Below are positions 23,414 to 35,587 of a DNA stretch of 64,000 nucleotides, piece by piece. Below the pieces are notes generated by a model. It did not search any database. It worked only from the letters and a program-made list of their open reading frames with translations, and was not told where the DNA came from. Numbering within the stretch: position 1 is the stretch's first letter; every line of letters begins with the position of its first letter. A program made the translations under genes and the position numbers. The DNA comes from Mobula hypostoma (taxonomy: Eukaryota): positions 9,114,001 through 9,178,000 of the forward strand of contig NC_086097.1 of the NCBI RefSeq assembly GCF_963921235.1, given 5' to 3'.

Positions 23414-24378
23414 GACAGGGTGGAGATACGTCTCTACCAAAGGAGGGGTAAGGCGCTCCTTCCATCTGCTAGCCTGCAGGTCACCCTTGGCCAAGGTGTA
23501 GCACCTGCTTCGTCCTACCCGCCAATCAGGGTCGCGTGAAGAGTCATTGGAAAGCATCTAGAGGAGGTTCATGAGGATGGTTCCAGGAATGAAGGGGGAA
23601 GGGGTTAACATATAGGAGCGTTTGGTGGCTTTGGGTCTGTACTCTCTGGAATTTAGAAGACTGCGGTGGGGCGGGGGGGGGTGCGGTGGTGGTGCTGGAA
23701 TCACATTGAAACCTACCGAATGTTGAAAGGACTAAGCGACGTGGAGAGGATATTTCCTTTGGTGGGGGTATTCAGAACTAGAGGGCACAGCCTAAAATTT
23801 GAGGGATGACCTTTTAGGACAGAGATGAATTTTTTTAGCCAGAGAGGAGTGAATCTGTGGAATGCTTTGCCATAGGCTATGGTGCTGAAGTTAATAGTTT
23901 CCTGATTAGTCAGGGCGTCAAATGATATGGCGAGAAGGCAGATGTATGAGTTGGGTGGGATCCGGGATCAACTATGGTGAAATGGTGGAGCAGACTCGAC
24001 GGGCTGACTGACCTAAATCTGCTCTTATGTCTTATGGTCTTATGGACCAGGTGGTGGGTGGTCGTACGAGCTGTTGGTGCATATCACAAGTCCTGGTTAT
24101 GGGACCACTCATGCAAGGCAGGCGACCTCTGAAGAGTATTGATAATGGCTGGGGTCACTCATCTTGCAAAGACGCTGCCCTGAAAAAGGCAAAGGCAATC
24201 CATTTCTGTCAAAAAATTTGCCAAGAACAATCATAGTCATAGATTGAGAAAAGTGGGAAAAAACAATAGTGTAGAGGGGGTCTTCCCCACGAGCAGATTA
24301 AAGACAGATGGAAGGCCACGATTATGAGACCAAGGTGGCCTATGTCATACGACACGGCACATAATAATGATGATGACA
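23414..24378 (+). mobile_element. RTE-type bipartite non-autonomous element/SINE with (atg)n tail, interrupted by a CR1 3' fragment (~23541-24042)
   Basis: The head is shared with 16225 and 39812. aaggcaaaggcaatccatttc resembles the ggcaatggcaaaccact motif of BovB/RTE UTRs. Ends cgacacggcacataataatgatgatga. Confidence 0.6.
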
Positions 24379-24599
24379 ATGAAGATTATGGCGAAGTAAT
24401 CAAAGAGCCGAAAGTATTGTGTCTGCTTTTGTTAAGTGGAAGCATTGGAAACATGGACCTGAGAGGGACTGACACTGAATAGCATAGGGGCCTTCTCCAT
24501 GGATGACACACACAGACAACACAGAACTTTTTGACCAATAATTTTAACCTTGTTTACTCTGTACAAATGCCCATTGTAAGAAGAAGCTTAAACAAATAG

Positions 24600-24830
24600 C
24601 GACGTGTTACAGCGCCAACGATTGTTGATTGGGGTTCATTTCCTGCTGCCGTCTGTAAGGAACACGTACATTCTTCCTGTGACTTTCTGGGATTCCTCTA
24701 GCTGCAGTTGTTTCCACCCATGTTCCAAAGAATTACGGTTATGGTTACAGTTAATGACGTGTGGGTGTGAAATTTTGGTGCTTGGAAGTGCGGCGAGGCT
24801 TGTAGGCTGCCCTCAACACAATCTTTGCTG
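24600..24830 (+). mobile_element. V-SINE/HE1-like SINE, degenerate
   Basis: B-box-like ggggttcatttcc followed by V-core-like gtacattcttcctgtga..ctgggattcc..gtttccacccatgttccaaag. Confidence 0.6.
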
Positions 24831-25099
24831 AATTAATTTGACACAAATCATGAATTTTATTAAATACAGAATGCATTAACTCTATTAAAATTGTACAAGC
24901 TCAAAAAGCAAAGAATTCTGGTCAATTAAGAGAAATAATGTTAAGTGTAAACAATATGCTGAAGCAGAATTGTGTTTCAAATCTACAGGATATTAAAGTC
25001 AGACTACTAAATTTGATTTTGAACCATGAAGCAGATACATAACATGGTACAGAACAAGTAAATTAGGCCTACAAGGAGCATGTTAACTAAGTCACAAGA

Positions 25100-26578
25100 C
25101 ACGGGTGCAGCTTATGTCACCTATATACCATACATGAAAAATGTGATTAAGGTTGAAAGAGTACAGAGAAAATTTTCAAGTATGTTGCAGGGTCTGGAGG
25201 ACTTGAGATATAAGGAAAGATTGAATAGGTTCGAATCAAATCATTTAATTATCATTCAAACAATACATAGATACAGCTGAACAAGACAATATTCCTCTGG
25301 GGCCAAGGTGCAAAATATTCAAAATAGCAAGCAAACGTTTAGAAATAGCAAGTAACATAATTCAAAATAGCAAGCAAAGAAGCATATTCACTTGAAAAGA
25401 AACCTATATGTAACCCAAGACCCTGAGTGACAATGTCCAGCAACCGATGGCACAGTCTCCCAGCAGTATATAGATGCACGCAATCCATCCTGTCATTGAA
25501 CCACTCGAACACGGGAGGGCAGCACCAGTGGGAGAGGCCAGGCCCCAGCCGAGGTCAGATGCCACCCTGTAAATGCTTCCAATGTCTCTCACGTGCTCTA
25601 CAGTAGCAGGCAAGCCCGAGGCATGAGACCTAGTTCTCGCTACAATCCAGGCTACGGCTCCCATTTTGCCTGTGCCCTCCACCAGATAAGGGCAACAAGC
25701 CTGCAGCAACTTACATTATCACTGTCCAATGGATACCTTGCGATTGCAAGTGTCTGAGACAAGCTTCCACAATTATGCTGCACAAATTCCAAGTCGCGGG
25801 CAGTAATGCAGTCTGTGGCCAGGCTAGCTGCTCTGAACACTAACTGGCTCGTTTGATATCCTGACAGGTTTCTCCAATATCCTGACCGGCTCCTTCAACG
25901 CCTCAGCAAGCCTTTTCGACACCTCGGCTGACTCTCTCTCTCTAACATCATGGCCGGCCCCTCGACACCACGGCCAGCTCTACCGCCAGCTCTAGTCCAG
26001 CTGCTCCGATCAAGGAAAAGCTCACTGAGGGAGTAGCCCTGCAGAACCTGATGTTCTTGGAGTAAAATTGTCTTTGCATCATAAAAAAAAAACAAATTTT
26101 ACACAGAAAAAAATCAACTTTGATTGGCCTCCAAGAGGCAGCTGAATTCGTATGCACCGCCATCTTACCAGAACTAGGTTGGTACTATTCCTTGGAATGT
26201 AGAAGATTGAGAGGAGATTCGATAGAGGTATACAAAATTATGAGGGGTGTAGAGAAGGTAAATGCAAGCAGCGTTTTCCATTGAGATTGGGTGGGATTAG
26301 AACCAGTCGTCGTGGATTAAGTGTAAAAAGTGAAAAGTTGAAGGGGAACATGAGGGGAAACTTCTTCACTCAGGGGGTTGTGAGCGTGTGGTCTGAGCTG
26401 TCAGTGCAAGTGGTGCATGCAACCTTGATTTCAATGTTTAACAGAAGTTGAGATAGGTATTTGGATGGTAGGGCTATGGTCCCAGTGCAGGTCGATTGGA
26501 GCAGGCAGTTTAAATAGCCTGGCATGGGCTTGATGGGTTGAAAGGCCTGTTTCTGTCCTGTACATTTCTATGACTCTA
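25100..26578 (+). mobile_element. Old CR1 3' fragment split by an insertion at 25232-26174
   Basis: ERVQRKFS.ML.GLEDL.YKERLNR| continues after the insert as ..YSLECRRLRGD. TSD taggtt at 25226-31 and 26175-80. Confidence 0.8.
25232..26174 (-). mobile_element. ORF-less non-autonomous retroposon with YY1 motif at its 5' end
   Basis: 6-bp TSD taggtt. The minus strand starts gttctggtAAGATGGCGGtgc. The 3' end shares the ggggccaaggtgca and tcattcaaa motifs with ~63100-63155 and ~63850-63925. Confidence 0.72.
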
Positions 26579-27759
26579 ACTGTGCTACTTGAAAGTAAGA
26601 CAGGGCAGAATGCTAACTAAAGGATTGGATGAAGAAAAAGAAGACACAAAATGTTGGAGGACTCAGTGGAGGGTAAGGGGCAGTTTACTTTTCGGGTCAA
26701 ACCCCTTCATCGGGAAAGAAAGTGGAGAGATAGCCAAAAGGTTTTAAATAGACAGGTTATTTGGGTGGGACAGCAGAAGAGAAGAGGTAAGGTGGCCTCT
26801 GGAATGAGGGAAAACAAATGTAGATGGGAGCAAAGCAACAGAGTGAGAGCCTCTGAGCTTATAAGCAACAGGCTCGTAATTGTCATTTTTCTTATATATT
26901 GTGTTTCTCGACTAGATACAACTTGAGAGGGGGTAATTGTAAAGGAGGTATGAGAGGCAATTTTATTTTTCATACAGAGAATGGTGGGTTCCTGTAATGA
27001 GCTGCTAGAGTAGGGACTTTTAAGAGACGTCTGGATTGGCACATGGATGTGAGAAAAATGAAAGGATATGGACATTGTGTAGGCAGAAGTATACTTTAGT
27101 AGGCTATTTGGTTACTAAATAATTTGGTTCAGCACAACATTGTGGGCTGAAACGCCTGTTCTTGTGCTGCAATGTTCCACAGTCGATGTTCTAACTTACA
27201 TAATAAATATTTTATGCTATAGCCGATATATTTGCACTCAAAGTGGTGAGCTTATGAATTAGTTTCTTGAGTTAGTTAAAACTGAGCATTGAAAGTAAAG
27301 CAAACCTAGGAACTGGCAAACTTTACACCATGACCAATGTTGGAGTCCTGTGGCACAAGTAGCAAATGCTATTGTACAGGGCATACAAATCACACACGGC
27401 CGCACGGGGATGTTAGTAGCTTTTGAATAGATGCCTGTATTCATTCAGTACAGATGTCGCCTGCATCTGACTTTGATGAATGACTTGTTTTGGTCTACAT
27501 GTCAATTCTATCCTCAGATAACAGAGGGAACCAAAGATATATCCAATTCTCAAGGTCCAGAAATACAATTGGTTTTGTCATCAGCGGAGAGTGGGCAACT
27601 TATGCAGAGTGCCCAGTGCACAATTCTAATTTTCTGCCCAAGCACCAATTGGTAATTGTATCTCACTTGTGATCGTACAGAGTTAATTTTTTTGTGATTT
27701 TTATATTGTGCCAATGGCAGTGTTTGGAGACACAGAGCGTCCTCGGCTCTCAGTTTTGT

Positions 27760-28290
27760 AACAGTGTCTACATTTCATTAAGAGTTTGACGAGACTTGTT
27801 ATGACACTAAACACTCTCACAAATGTCTGCAAATGTACCATGGTGAACATTCTAACTGGTTGCATCATTGTCTGGTAGGGAAGGACCACTGCAGAGGGCT
27901 GGAAAAGGTTGTGGAAAGCTGTAAATCTATCATGAACTCCTGCCTTCCCAGCATTGAAGACATCTTCGAAAGGAGGTGCCTCCAAAAAAGACTGCATCTT
28001 TTATGAAGAACTCTCATCACCCAAGACACTACCCTCTTCTCATAGCTGCCATTATGGAGAAGGTACACAAGCCAGAAGAAAATCAATGTTTCAGGAAGAG
28101 CTTCTTCTCCTCCATCATCAGATTTTTGAATGGACAATGAACCCATGTACACTACCTCACTATTTTTATTTTACTCTCTACATATTTAATTTTGTGTATA
28201 CAGTATTCTTTATTGTAATTTATGGCAGTTTATTGTGTATTGCAAAACAACAAATTTCACAATGTATGCCTGATTTTTATTCTGATTCTC
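27760..28290 (+). mobile_element. Degenerate Rex1/Babar 3' fragment
   Basis: ILTGCIIVW, LPSIEDIFERRCL, ttcaggaa.agcttcttc and ctgattctgatt-type tail. Confidence 0.7.
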
Positions 28291-29074
28291 ATCCTTCCTT
28301 GTTTTGTATTGTTTCTGACAACCCCTCCACCCCAACTGTCCCTCTTAATATTTTCCAACACCAGCTAAGTGCATTTGATGAATTTTGGAGTGTAGAATCT
28401 TCAACATGGTTCTCAAGTTCAAGTTCAATTTATGCAACTTGGGAAAATACACTCTCAGGACAGCAAATGCATTTCTTGTGTCTTTAATTCCTTTATATGT
28501 TTTAATACAGAAAAAGGTTATCAAAATTTTTAAAATGTTTAATTTCAGCTTTGTTTTGGTCCACACTCTTGTGTATCAACTAGATACATATGCATCATGA
28601 AAATAAATAAAACAAAATATGCAAAAACCAATATGACAGTGGCAATTCTAAAGAAACAATACAAACAATATTAGAAACCCACCAACCTTATACTTTATAC
28701 ACAACTTCAAAAATATGAATAAATACATCTTATCTTAACTAAGAGGTATATTCACTTAGCCACACATGCGCTTAATTTCTAAACACATATCAGCTAGACA
28801 CTGAAATGAGTTCTCCTCACTCGCTACGTGAACAGAGATTAATACATTCACATTACTCTGCTACGTTGATGTATGGTCATGAAACAATAAAGTAAGACAA
28901 AAATAAACATTTAGAATGACTTTTACAATATATTGCCTTGTAGATAAATTACTAGAAGAACTAACCTATGAGGCCAATAAGGAATTTTTCACAACTATGC
29001 TATCCAGGGTCAACACCTTACTCATGGAAATCTAAAGCATCTACATGTAAATCATGTCAAATTCCCGATACTAA

Positions 29075-29783
29075 GACTATAAGACATAGGAGAGGATTAG
29101 GCCATTCAGCCCATCAAGTCTGCTCCACCATTCCATCATGGTTGATCCCAGATCCCACTGAAACCCATACACCTGTCTTCTCACCATATCCTTTGATGCC
29201 CTGACTGAACAATAAACAATTAACTTCCGCCTTAAATATACCCTCAGACTTAGCCTACACAGCAGTCTCTGGCTGAGCATTCCACAGATTCACTACTCTC
29301 CGGCTAAAAGAGTTCCTCCTTACTTCTGTCCTGAAAGATTAACCCTCAACTTTGAGGCTGTACCATCTAGCTCTAGATATCCCCACCATAGAAGACGTCC
29401 TCTCCATATCCACTTTATCTATTCCTTTCAACACTCTGTAGGTTTCAATGAGATCCCCATGCAGTCTTCTAAATTCCAGTGAGTACAGGCCCAAAGCTGC
29501 CAAACACTCCTCATATGTTAATCCCTTCATTCCTGGAATCATCCTCATGAACCTCCTCTGGAGTCTCTCCAATGACAACACATCCTTTCTAGATATGGGG
29601 CCTAAAACTGTTGACCATACTCCAAGTGCTGCCTGACTAGTGCCTTATAACACCTTAGCATTATCTCCTTGCTTTTATGTTCTATTTCCCTTGAAACAAA
29701 TGACAACATTGCATTTGCCTTCTTTACCACAGACTCAATCTGAAAACTAACTTTTTGGGAGTCTTGCACGAGGACTCCTAAGT
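29075..29783 (-). mobile_element. CR1 3' fragment, antisense
   Basis: Minus ORF LSLERLQRRFMRMIPG...GDLIETYR; taagactataagacatagg tail complement. Confidence 0.85.
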
Positions 29784-29794
29784 CACCTCAATAT

Positions 29795-30455
29795 TAAGCA
29801 AATGCTTTGAGAGGCTGTTCAAGAACTACATCTGCAGCATGCTACCTCCTACATAGGATCCCTTACAATTCGTATTCTGATACAACCGATCGACAGATGA
29901 CACAGTAGCCACAGCTCTACACACTGTCCTTACACATCTGGAGAAGAGGGATGCTTATGTGAGAATGCTGTTCTTGGACCACAGTTCAGCATTCAACACC
30001 GTAATTCCCTCCAGGCTCAGCAAGAAGCTCACAGACCTCAGCCTTCACCCTGCCTTGTGTAGCTGGATCCTGGACTTCCTGTCAGATCATTGGGCAGGTG
30101 GTAAGAGTGGGCTCCCTCACCTTTGCCCCTCTGACCCTCAACACAGGTGCTCCTCGGGGCTGTGTACTAAGCCCCCTCCTTTACTCTCTACATACCCATG
30201 ACTGTGTCGCCACCCACAGCTCCAATCTGCTAATTAAATTTGCTGATGACACTACACTGATTGGCCTAATCTCAAATAATAACGAGGCAGCCTACAGAGA
30301 AGAAGTCATCACCCTGACACAGTGGTGTCAAGAAAACAACCTCTTCCTCAATATCGTATAAAACAACACAGCTGGTTGTAGACTACAGTAGGAATGGAGA
30401 CTGGCTAACCCTTATTGAGATCGATGGGTCTGGAGTTGAGAGGGTAAACAGCTTT
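29795..30455 (+). mobile_element. Rex1/Babar RT-domain fragment
   Basis: [36 protein letters not shown]. Confidence 0.85.
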
Positions 30456-31524
30456 TTTTCTTAAAAGCATAGGCAGCTATTTTAGCATTACCAGGGTGAA
30501 TGCACAAGTGCACTCTAACAATAAAAGTAATACAGTATTCAACAGTCACCTGATTACATTTATTATCATTTAACTGTACTCAGATATTTTACATCACCAA
30601 ACGAAAACACTGTTCCTTTGGACAAAGGTGCACAACACAATACATATAACTCACACACACCACATAAAGTAATATTACCACAAAATAAATTAACAAGTAA
30701 TAAGGTGCATTTACAACACAAGCTAAAAAGTAAACAGTATAATGCTACTGGTGCTTTGTATGTGGTGAGCTCTGGTTGGTGACAGGTAGTTCAGTAGTAT
30801 CAATGCCTGAGGAAGAAACTGTTTCCCACCCTAACAGGCCTTGCAGGTAACCAAGCAGGAAGCAAAGAGTTCAGTTGCAACAGTGGACTTCATTCCCATT
30901 GGCCCTACTTCTTAACTAAAGATGTTAAAGACGACCGCAGATGGAATACTTTATGATCGTATACCTCCTTTATCTGGGCTCCAACCTATCGCACTCATGC
31001 TCCACCCTCTTGTTAATCATTAAAATTACAGTTATATAGAGGCATGAATATAGCGGCTGTGGAATTTTCTCATTAAGGTTCTAAGCAGCACCCAGCTGTG
31101 CACTACAAGCCAATCAAGGCAAAAGGGAGCCTGTCCATATCAATGTGTTTATCTGCATAGACAAATTCTCCACTGAGTCGTAGATCTTGAAACTCACGCA
31201 TTCTAATCAGCCAACAACAACATTAAAACAACGTAAAAGTCCCACCATTATAATGACAAAGTTCCATTATATTTTGTTCAACATTACTGTGGGTACAATC
31301 CAATTCTGCTTGCAAGGCAGAACAGATTTATCTTTGGCAAGCTTGGAGCTATTATGAACCAAATTAGCCTATATAATTTGATCAAAGTTATTTATTATTT
31401 CACAACCTCATTTGTTGCTTTATAAATTTAGGAAGCAGTTTTCCCAAGGTTTTTGGGAGCTGCCAAATATTTACACTGGCAGGGATGCATGTTCCTATAT
31501 TCAGTGGGATTAAGTTATCTAATT

Positions 31525-31790
31525 ATTTATTTAGAGATACAGTACAGTGCAGAACAGGCCCTTCCGGCCCAATGGCCCACACTGTCCAGCAACTCGCCTA
31601 TTTCACCCTAGCCTAATCACAAGAAAATTTACAATGACCAATTAACCTACCAGTCGATTTGTCTTTGGATTGTGGGAGGAAACTGGAGCACCCAGAGGAA
31701 ACCCACACTCTCCACAGGAAGGACGTACAAATTTCTTACAGACGGCGTTGGAAATGAACTCCTCAGACGCCCTAAGCTACGTTGTGCTGA
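31525..31790 (-). mobile_element. V-SINE/HE1-like SINE
   Basis: gaaacccacac..cacaggaaggacgtacaaa is the reverse complement of the V-SINE core; aataaataa tail. Confidence 0.75.
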
Positions 31791-33294
31791 CTGTTGGCAC
31801 TCCATGAACCTGATTGGGTATAGCCAGTGTAGTCAAAAGCCTTGCAACATATGCACTTGCAGTCTTGATGCTATAGAGCTCTACAGTCTAGAAACAGGCC
31901 TTTTGGCCTATTCAGTCCATGCCAACATGTTTCTTCTGCCTTGTTCCATCTACCCGCACCGGGGCCATCGCCCTCCATATCCCACTCATCCATATATCTA
32001 TCCAATCTTAAATGTTGCAGTTGAACCCAAACCCAGCAATTGCACTCGCATGACTACTTTTAATGAATAAGTTTCCCCTCTGGCTCCCCTTTAAATATTT
32101 CACCTTTCACCCTAAATCTTTGACCTCTAGTTCTCGTTCCCCCCAACCCCAACCTCAGTGGAAAAATCCTGTTTACACTTACCTTATCTATACCCCTCAT
32201 AATTTTGTCTATTGTGATTTCTGTTGGATGAAGTTACCAGCCATTCAGAAGCACAATGCCTATAAGGCCTGCTTCACCATAAATCAATAAAATGCTTGCT
32301 TGACAGGCTGTGAGTTTTGAAGCCTGTGCTGGGAATGCACTCTGGGTTGCTCTATTTCAGATGTAAAAGCCTATTCCTTGGTGGGGCTCTCATTTATCCT
32401 GTCTTCCCGCTCTGCCATCTCAATCATGAAGCTGAATCTCTCCTGTGATCCGTCTGTGAACTCAATCCCACCTTCCCAATGGGGCACTGAGGTCATATCC
32501 AACTGATTTTACAACTTGATCCTTTGCTACTATTTGCATCTAAAAGCCAGCCTTGCTTTTCTGCTAATTAATCGTACTATTGTAGAATTCCGCACCAGAT
32601 ATCATTGAAAATTGACTTCTGTTGGTTCACTGTGCCATGTCTGTTCAATGCCTTTCCAATCACAGCAAAATCTAGGACATGAAATTTATTTGCGTCCTTG
32701 TTTGAACATTCGATAAAATCATGGATCTTATGCAATTATAACTTCAAATCTGCTTTTTAATCTACCCAATAATCTTATTTATCAAGAATCTACAATCTGC
32801 CTTAAAAATACTCCAATATTCTTCTTCCACTAGAGTTGTACAGCACAGAAAAAGTCCCTTTCTCCTATCTAGTCTGTGCTAAACTGTTTAAACTGTCTAC
32901 TCCCATCCACCTGCAGTTTTCTTTTCAAGGTGAGAATTGCAAAGGTATGGAAACTATTAGGTCTTATTTTTTATGCATGGACTATTAAAAATTGTTTTCT
33001 AGACTTATAGCCTTCCATAGGTGACCTCTGTCTTTCCTCTTGAGAGGAGATCCACTCTCAGCTTCCTTTCCTGATCAATCTAACCAATAAGCTCTGGTAT
33101 AATTATCCTGTAGCAGTTGTTTCAAAGTGTGTGGTTAAAATATTATTAATATCAAAACTCGCAAAAGTTAGAATGGTCTCAGAATAACATAATAACTTGC
33201 AAGATAAAGAAATGAAATATTTGAATTGATAGCACAGAAAACTTTGCAAGTTTGCTTCAATATTACAAAAAAGAATTGAAAAATACACATGGAC

Positions 33295-33852
33295 TAAGAT
33301 GTTAACTGTCCTGTGCTATCACCAGTGGGATCATCAGTTGATCTGCCACCTGTCTTCAGGAGTTTCGGCCCACTTATGACCAAGACTCCCTCGAGGTGGT
33401 GGGCCAGCAGTGCTAAGGCACCACCTCCCACTGGTGAGCTTAAAAACTTGGCACCTGCCTCTATCAGAGTTGTTGGTCACTTCCATCCAACAGATAGTCT
33501 GCTCTTCAGGTGTCTATGCAACTACTGACGGGTTTGAAAGATGTGTATACACTGTCTGACTATCTGCCCCTCTGGACGAGCTTGGTCCACACCCATGCTG
33601 ATCCTGTCTCTGTTGCCTCAGCTACAGCCCTGCTGGTTGACTTGATCTCTCTTCTAGTGAAGCCAAGGTCACACAGCCACTTCTGGAGAGTGAACACAAT
33701 AGACCCATGGCAGCCTACTTCGAATGGATAGCATGAGACCTTCCACCCTCTGTCACTCACTCTGATCTTAATTCTGCATTCTTGGTTAACTTGCGCTCAT
33801 GGGCTTCATCAATGTTGTCTTCCCAAGGGACTGTGAGTTCACCAATAACCAT
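33295..33852 (-). mobile_element. HERO-clade (R2 superfamily, restriction-like endonuclease) retrotransposon 3' fragment
   Basis: Minus translation VIGELTVPWEDNIDEAHERKLTK..ELRSE / SDRGWKVSCYPFEVGC.G...GSAWVW matches the ELTVPWE...ERK..K...GW...EVG endonuclease signature. Confidence 0.8.
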
Positions 33853-34044
33853 TACAACAATAATGCAAAAAAATTATTTCTTTTATCGTTTATTTTGCAA
33901 GTTTATTTCTCGCCACTTTGTCCAATTTCTTCAACGTGATCAAGAAAAGGTGTTTTCTCACCAAGCACCATGATTATTAATCTTGTTCTGACTTTTAATG
34001 GTGGTTGGCCTTCCAACTTGAAGGTACATTGCCACCACCAACCG

Positions 34045-34745
34045 GCACCAGTCATTGAAAGTGGGCATGCAGGTACAGCAGGCGGTGAAAAAGGCGAACG
34101 GTATGCTGGCACTTATAGCGAGAGGATTCGAGTACAGGAGCAGGGAGGTACTACTGCAGTTGTACAAGGCCTTGGTGAGACCACACCTGGAGTATTGTGT
34201 GCAGTTTTGGTCCCCTAATCTGAGGAAAGACATCTTTGCCATAGAGGGAGTACAAAGAAGGTTCACCAGATTGATTCCTGGGATGGCAGGTCTTTCATAT
34301 GAAGAAAGACTGGATGAACTGGGCTTGTACTCGTTGGAATTTAGAAGATTGAGGGAGGATCTGATTGAAACGTATAAGATCCTAAAGGGATTGGACAGGC
34401 TAGATGCGGGAAGATTGTTCCCGATGTTGGGGAGGTCCAGAACGAGGGGTCACAGTTTGAGGATAGAGGGGAAGCCTTTTAGGACCGAGATTAGGAAAAA
34501 CTTCTTCACACAGAGAGTGGTGAATCTGTGGAATTCTCTGCCACAGCAAACTGTTGAGGCCAGTTCATTAGCTATGTTTAAAAGGAAGTTAGATATGGCC
34601 CTTGTGGCTACAGGGGTCAGGGGGTATGGAGGGAAGGCTGGGTTCTGAGTTGGATGATCAGCCATGATCATAATAAATGGCGGTGCAGGCTCGAAGGGCC
34701 GAATGGCCTACTCCTGCACCTATTTTCTATGTTTCTATGTTTCTA
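34045..34745 (+). mobile_element. Young CR1 3' fragment
   Basis: Uninterrupted ORF 34055-34648, gggccgaatggcc stem-loop and (ttctatgt)n tail. Confidence 0.92.
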
Positions 34746-35187
34746 AAATCCCTACTAGTTTTTCATCAAATAAAAGCTAAATTACCCCAAAATGCCCTAT
34801 AGGTTGTAAGTAATGAAAAAGAATACAGTGAATTTAATTAAAGTCAATTGTCAATCTTTACCACATTGACCAGTTATGAAAGAATTGGTGTTTATCTATT
34901 GAACTACCTATCTATCTCCCCTGCCCACCTACTTACCCACTTACCCAACTATTTATCTATTGTTTATTTGTATGACAGGTGAAGTTGATCAGTTCAGCAT
35001 GTAATGGCCAACTTCAGTTGTCCAAGGCATGGGTACATCTGATGGATTTTCAATTACCTGTCACACACAATTATTGTACCCTCATTGTTGTGGATATCTA
35101 CATCATGAATTGAGTCCATGAGTTATGCAACATGAAAACAGGTCCTTTATCCTGTTACTCTAGGGTTGATAAAATTATGGATAAGAT

Positions 35188-35500
35188 CATAAGACCATAA
35201 GATATAGGAGCAGAATTAGGTCATATGGCCCATCGAGTCTGCTCCTCTATTTCATCAAGGCTGATCTAATTTTCCTCTCAGCCCCAATCTCCTGCCTTCT
35301 CCCCGTATCCCTTCATGCCCTGACCAAACAAGAATCTATCAGCCTCTGCCTTAAATATACTTAAACACTTGGCCTCCACAGCTAATTGTGGCAAAGAAGT
35401 CCACAGATTCACCACTCCCTGGCTGAAGAAATTCCTCCTCATCTCTGTTCTAAAATGTCGCCCCTCTATCCTGAGATGTACCGTCTGATCTTAGACTCTC
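35188..35500 (-). mobile_element. CR1 3' fragment, antisense
   Basis: cataagaccataagatatagg tail complement and ttccacagattcacc-type core. Confidence 0.8.
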
Positions 35501-35587
35501 AATGCACCAATTAGACTCTCAGTTAGTCAATTAGATTTAGACTCTCAATGTCACTCCAACCTTTAAGAAGAGTGAAAGGCAGAAGAA

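Noticed and set aside
27954..28600. Hydrophobic Phe/Ile-rich ORFs as membrane proteins
   Set aside because: They derive from T-rich LINE 3' UTRs and AT-rich intron sequence.
28966..28994. 29-nt minus-strand exon that would bridge candidates B and C in phase
   Set aside because: The acceptor lacks a pyrimidine tract and has a competing AG. A phase fit alone is weak evidence.
34055..34648. Open 197-aa ORF as a domesticated gene
   Set aside because: It is simply a young 5'-truncated CR1 with its normal UTR and tail.
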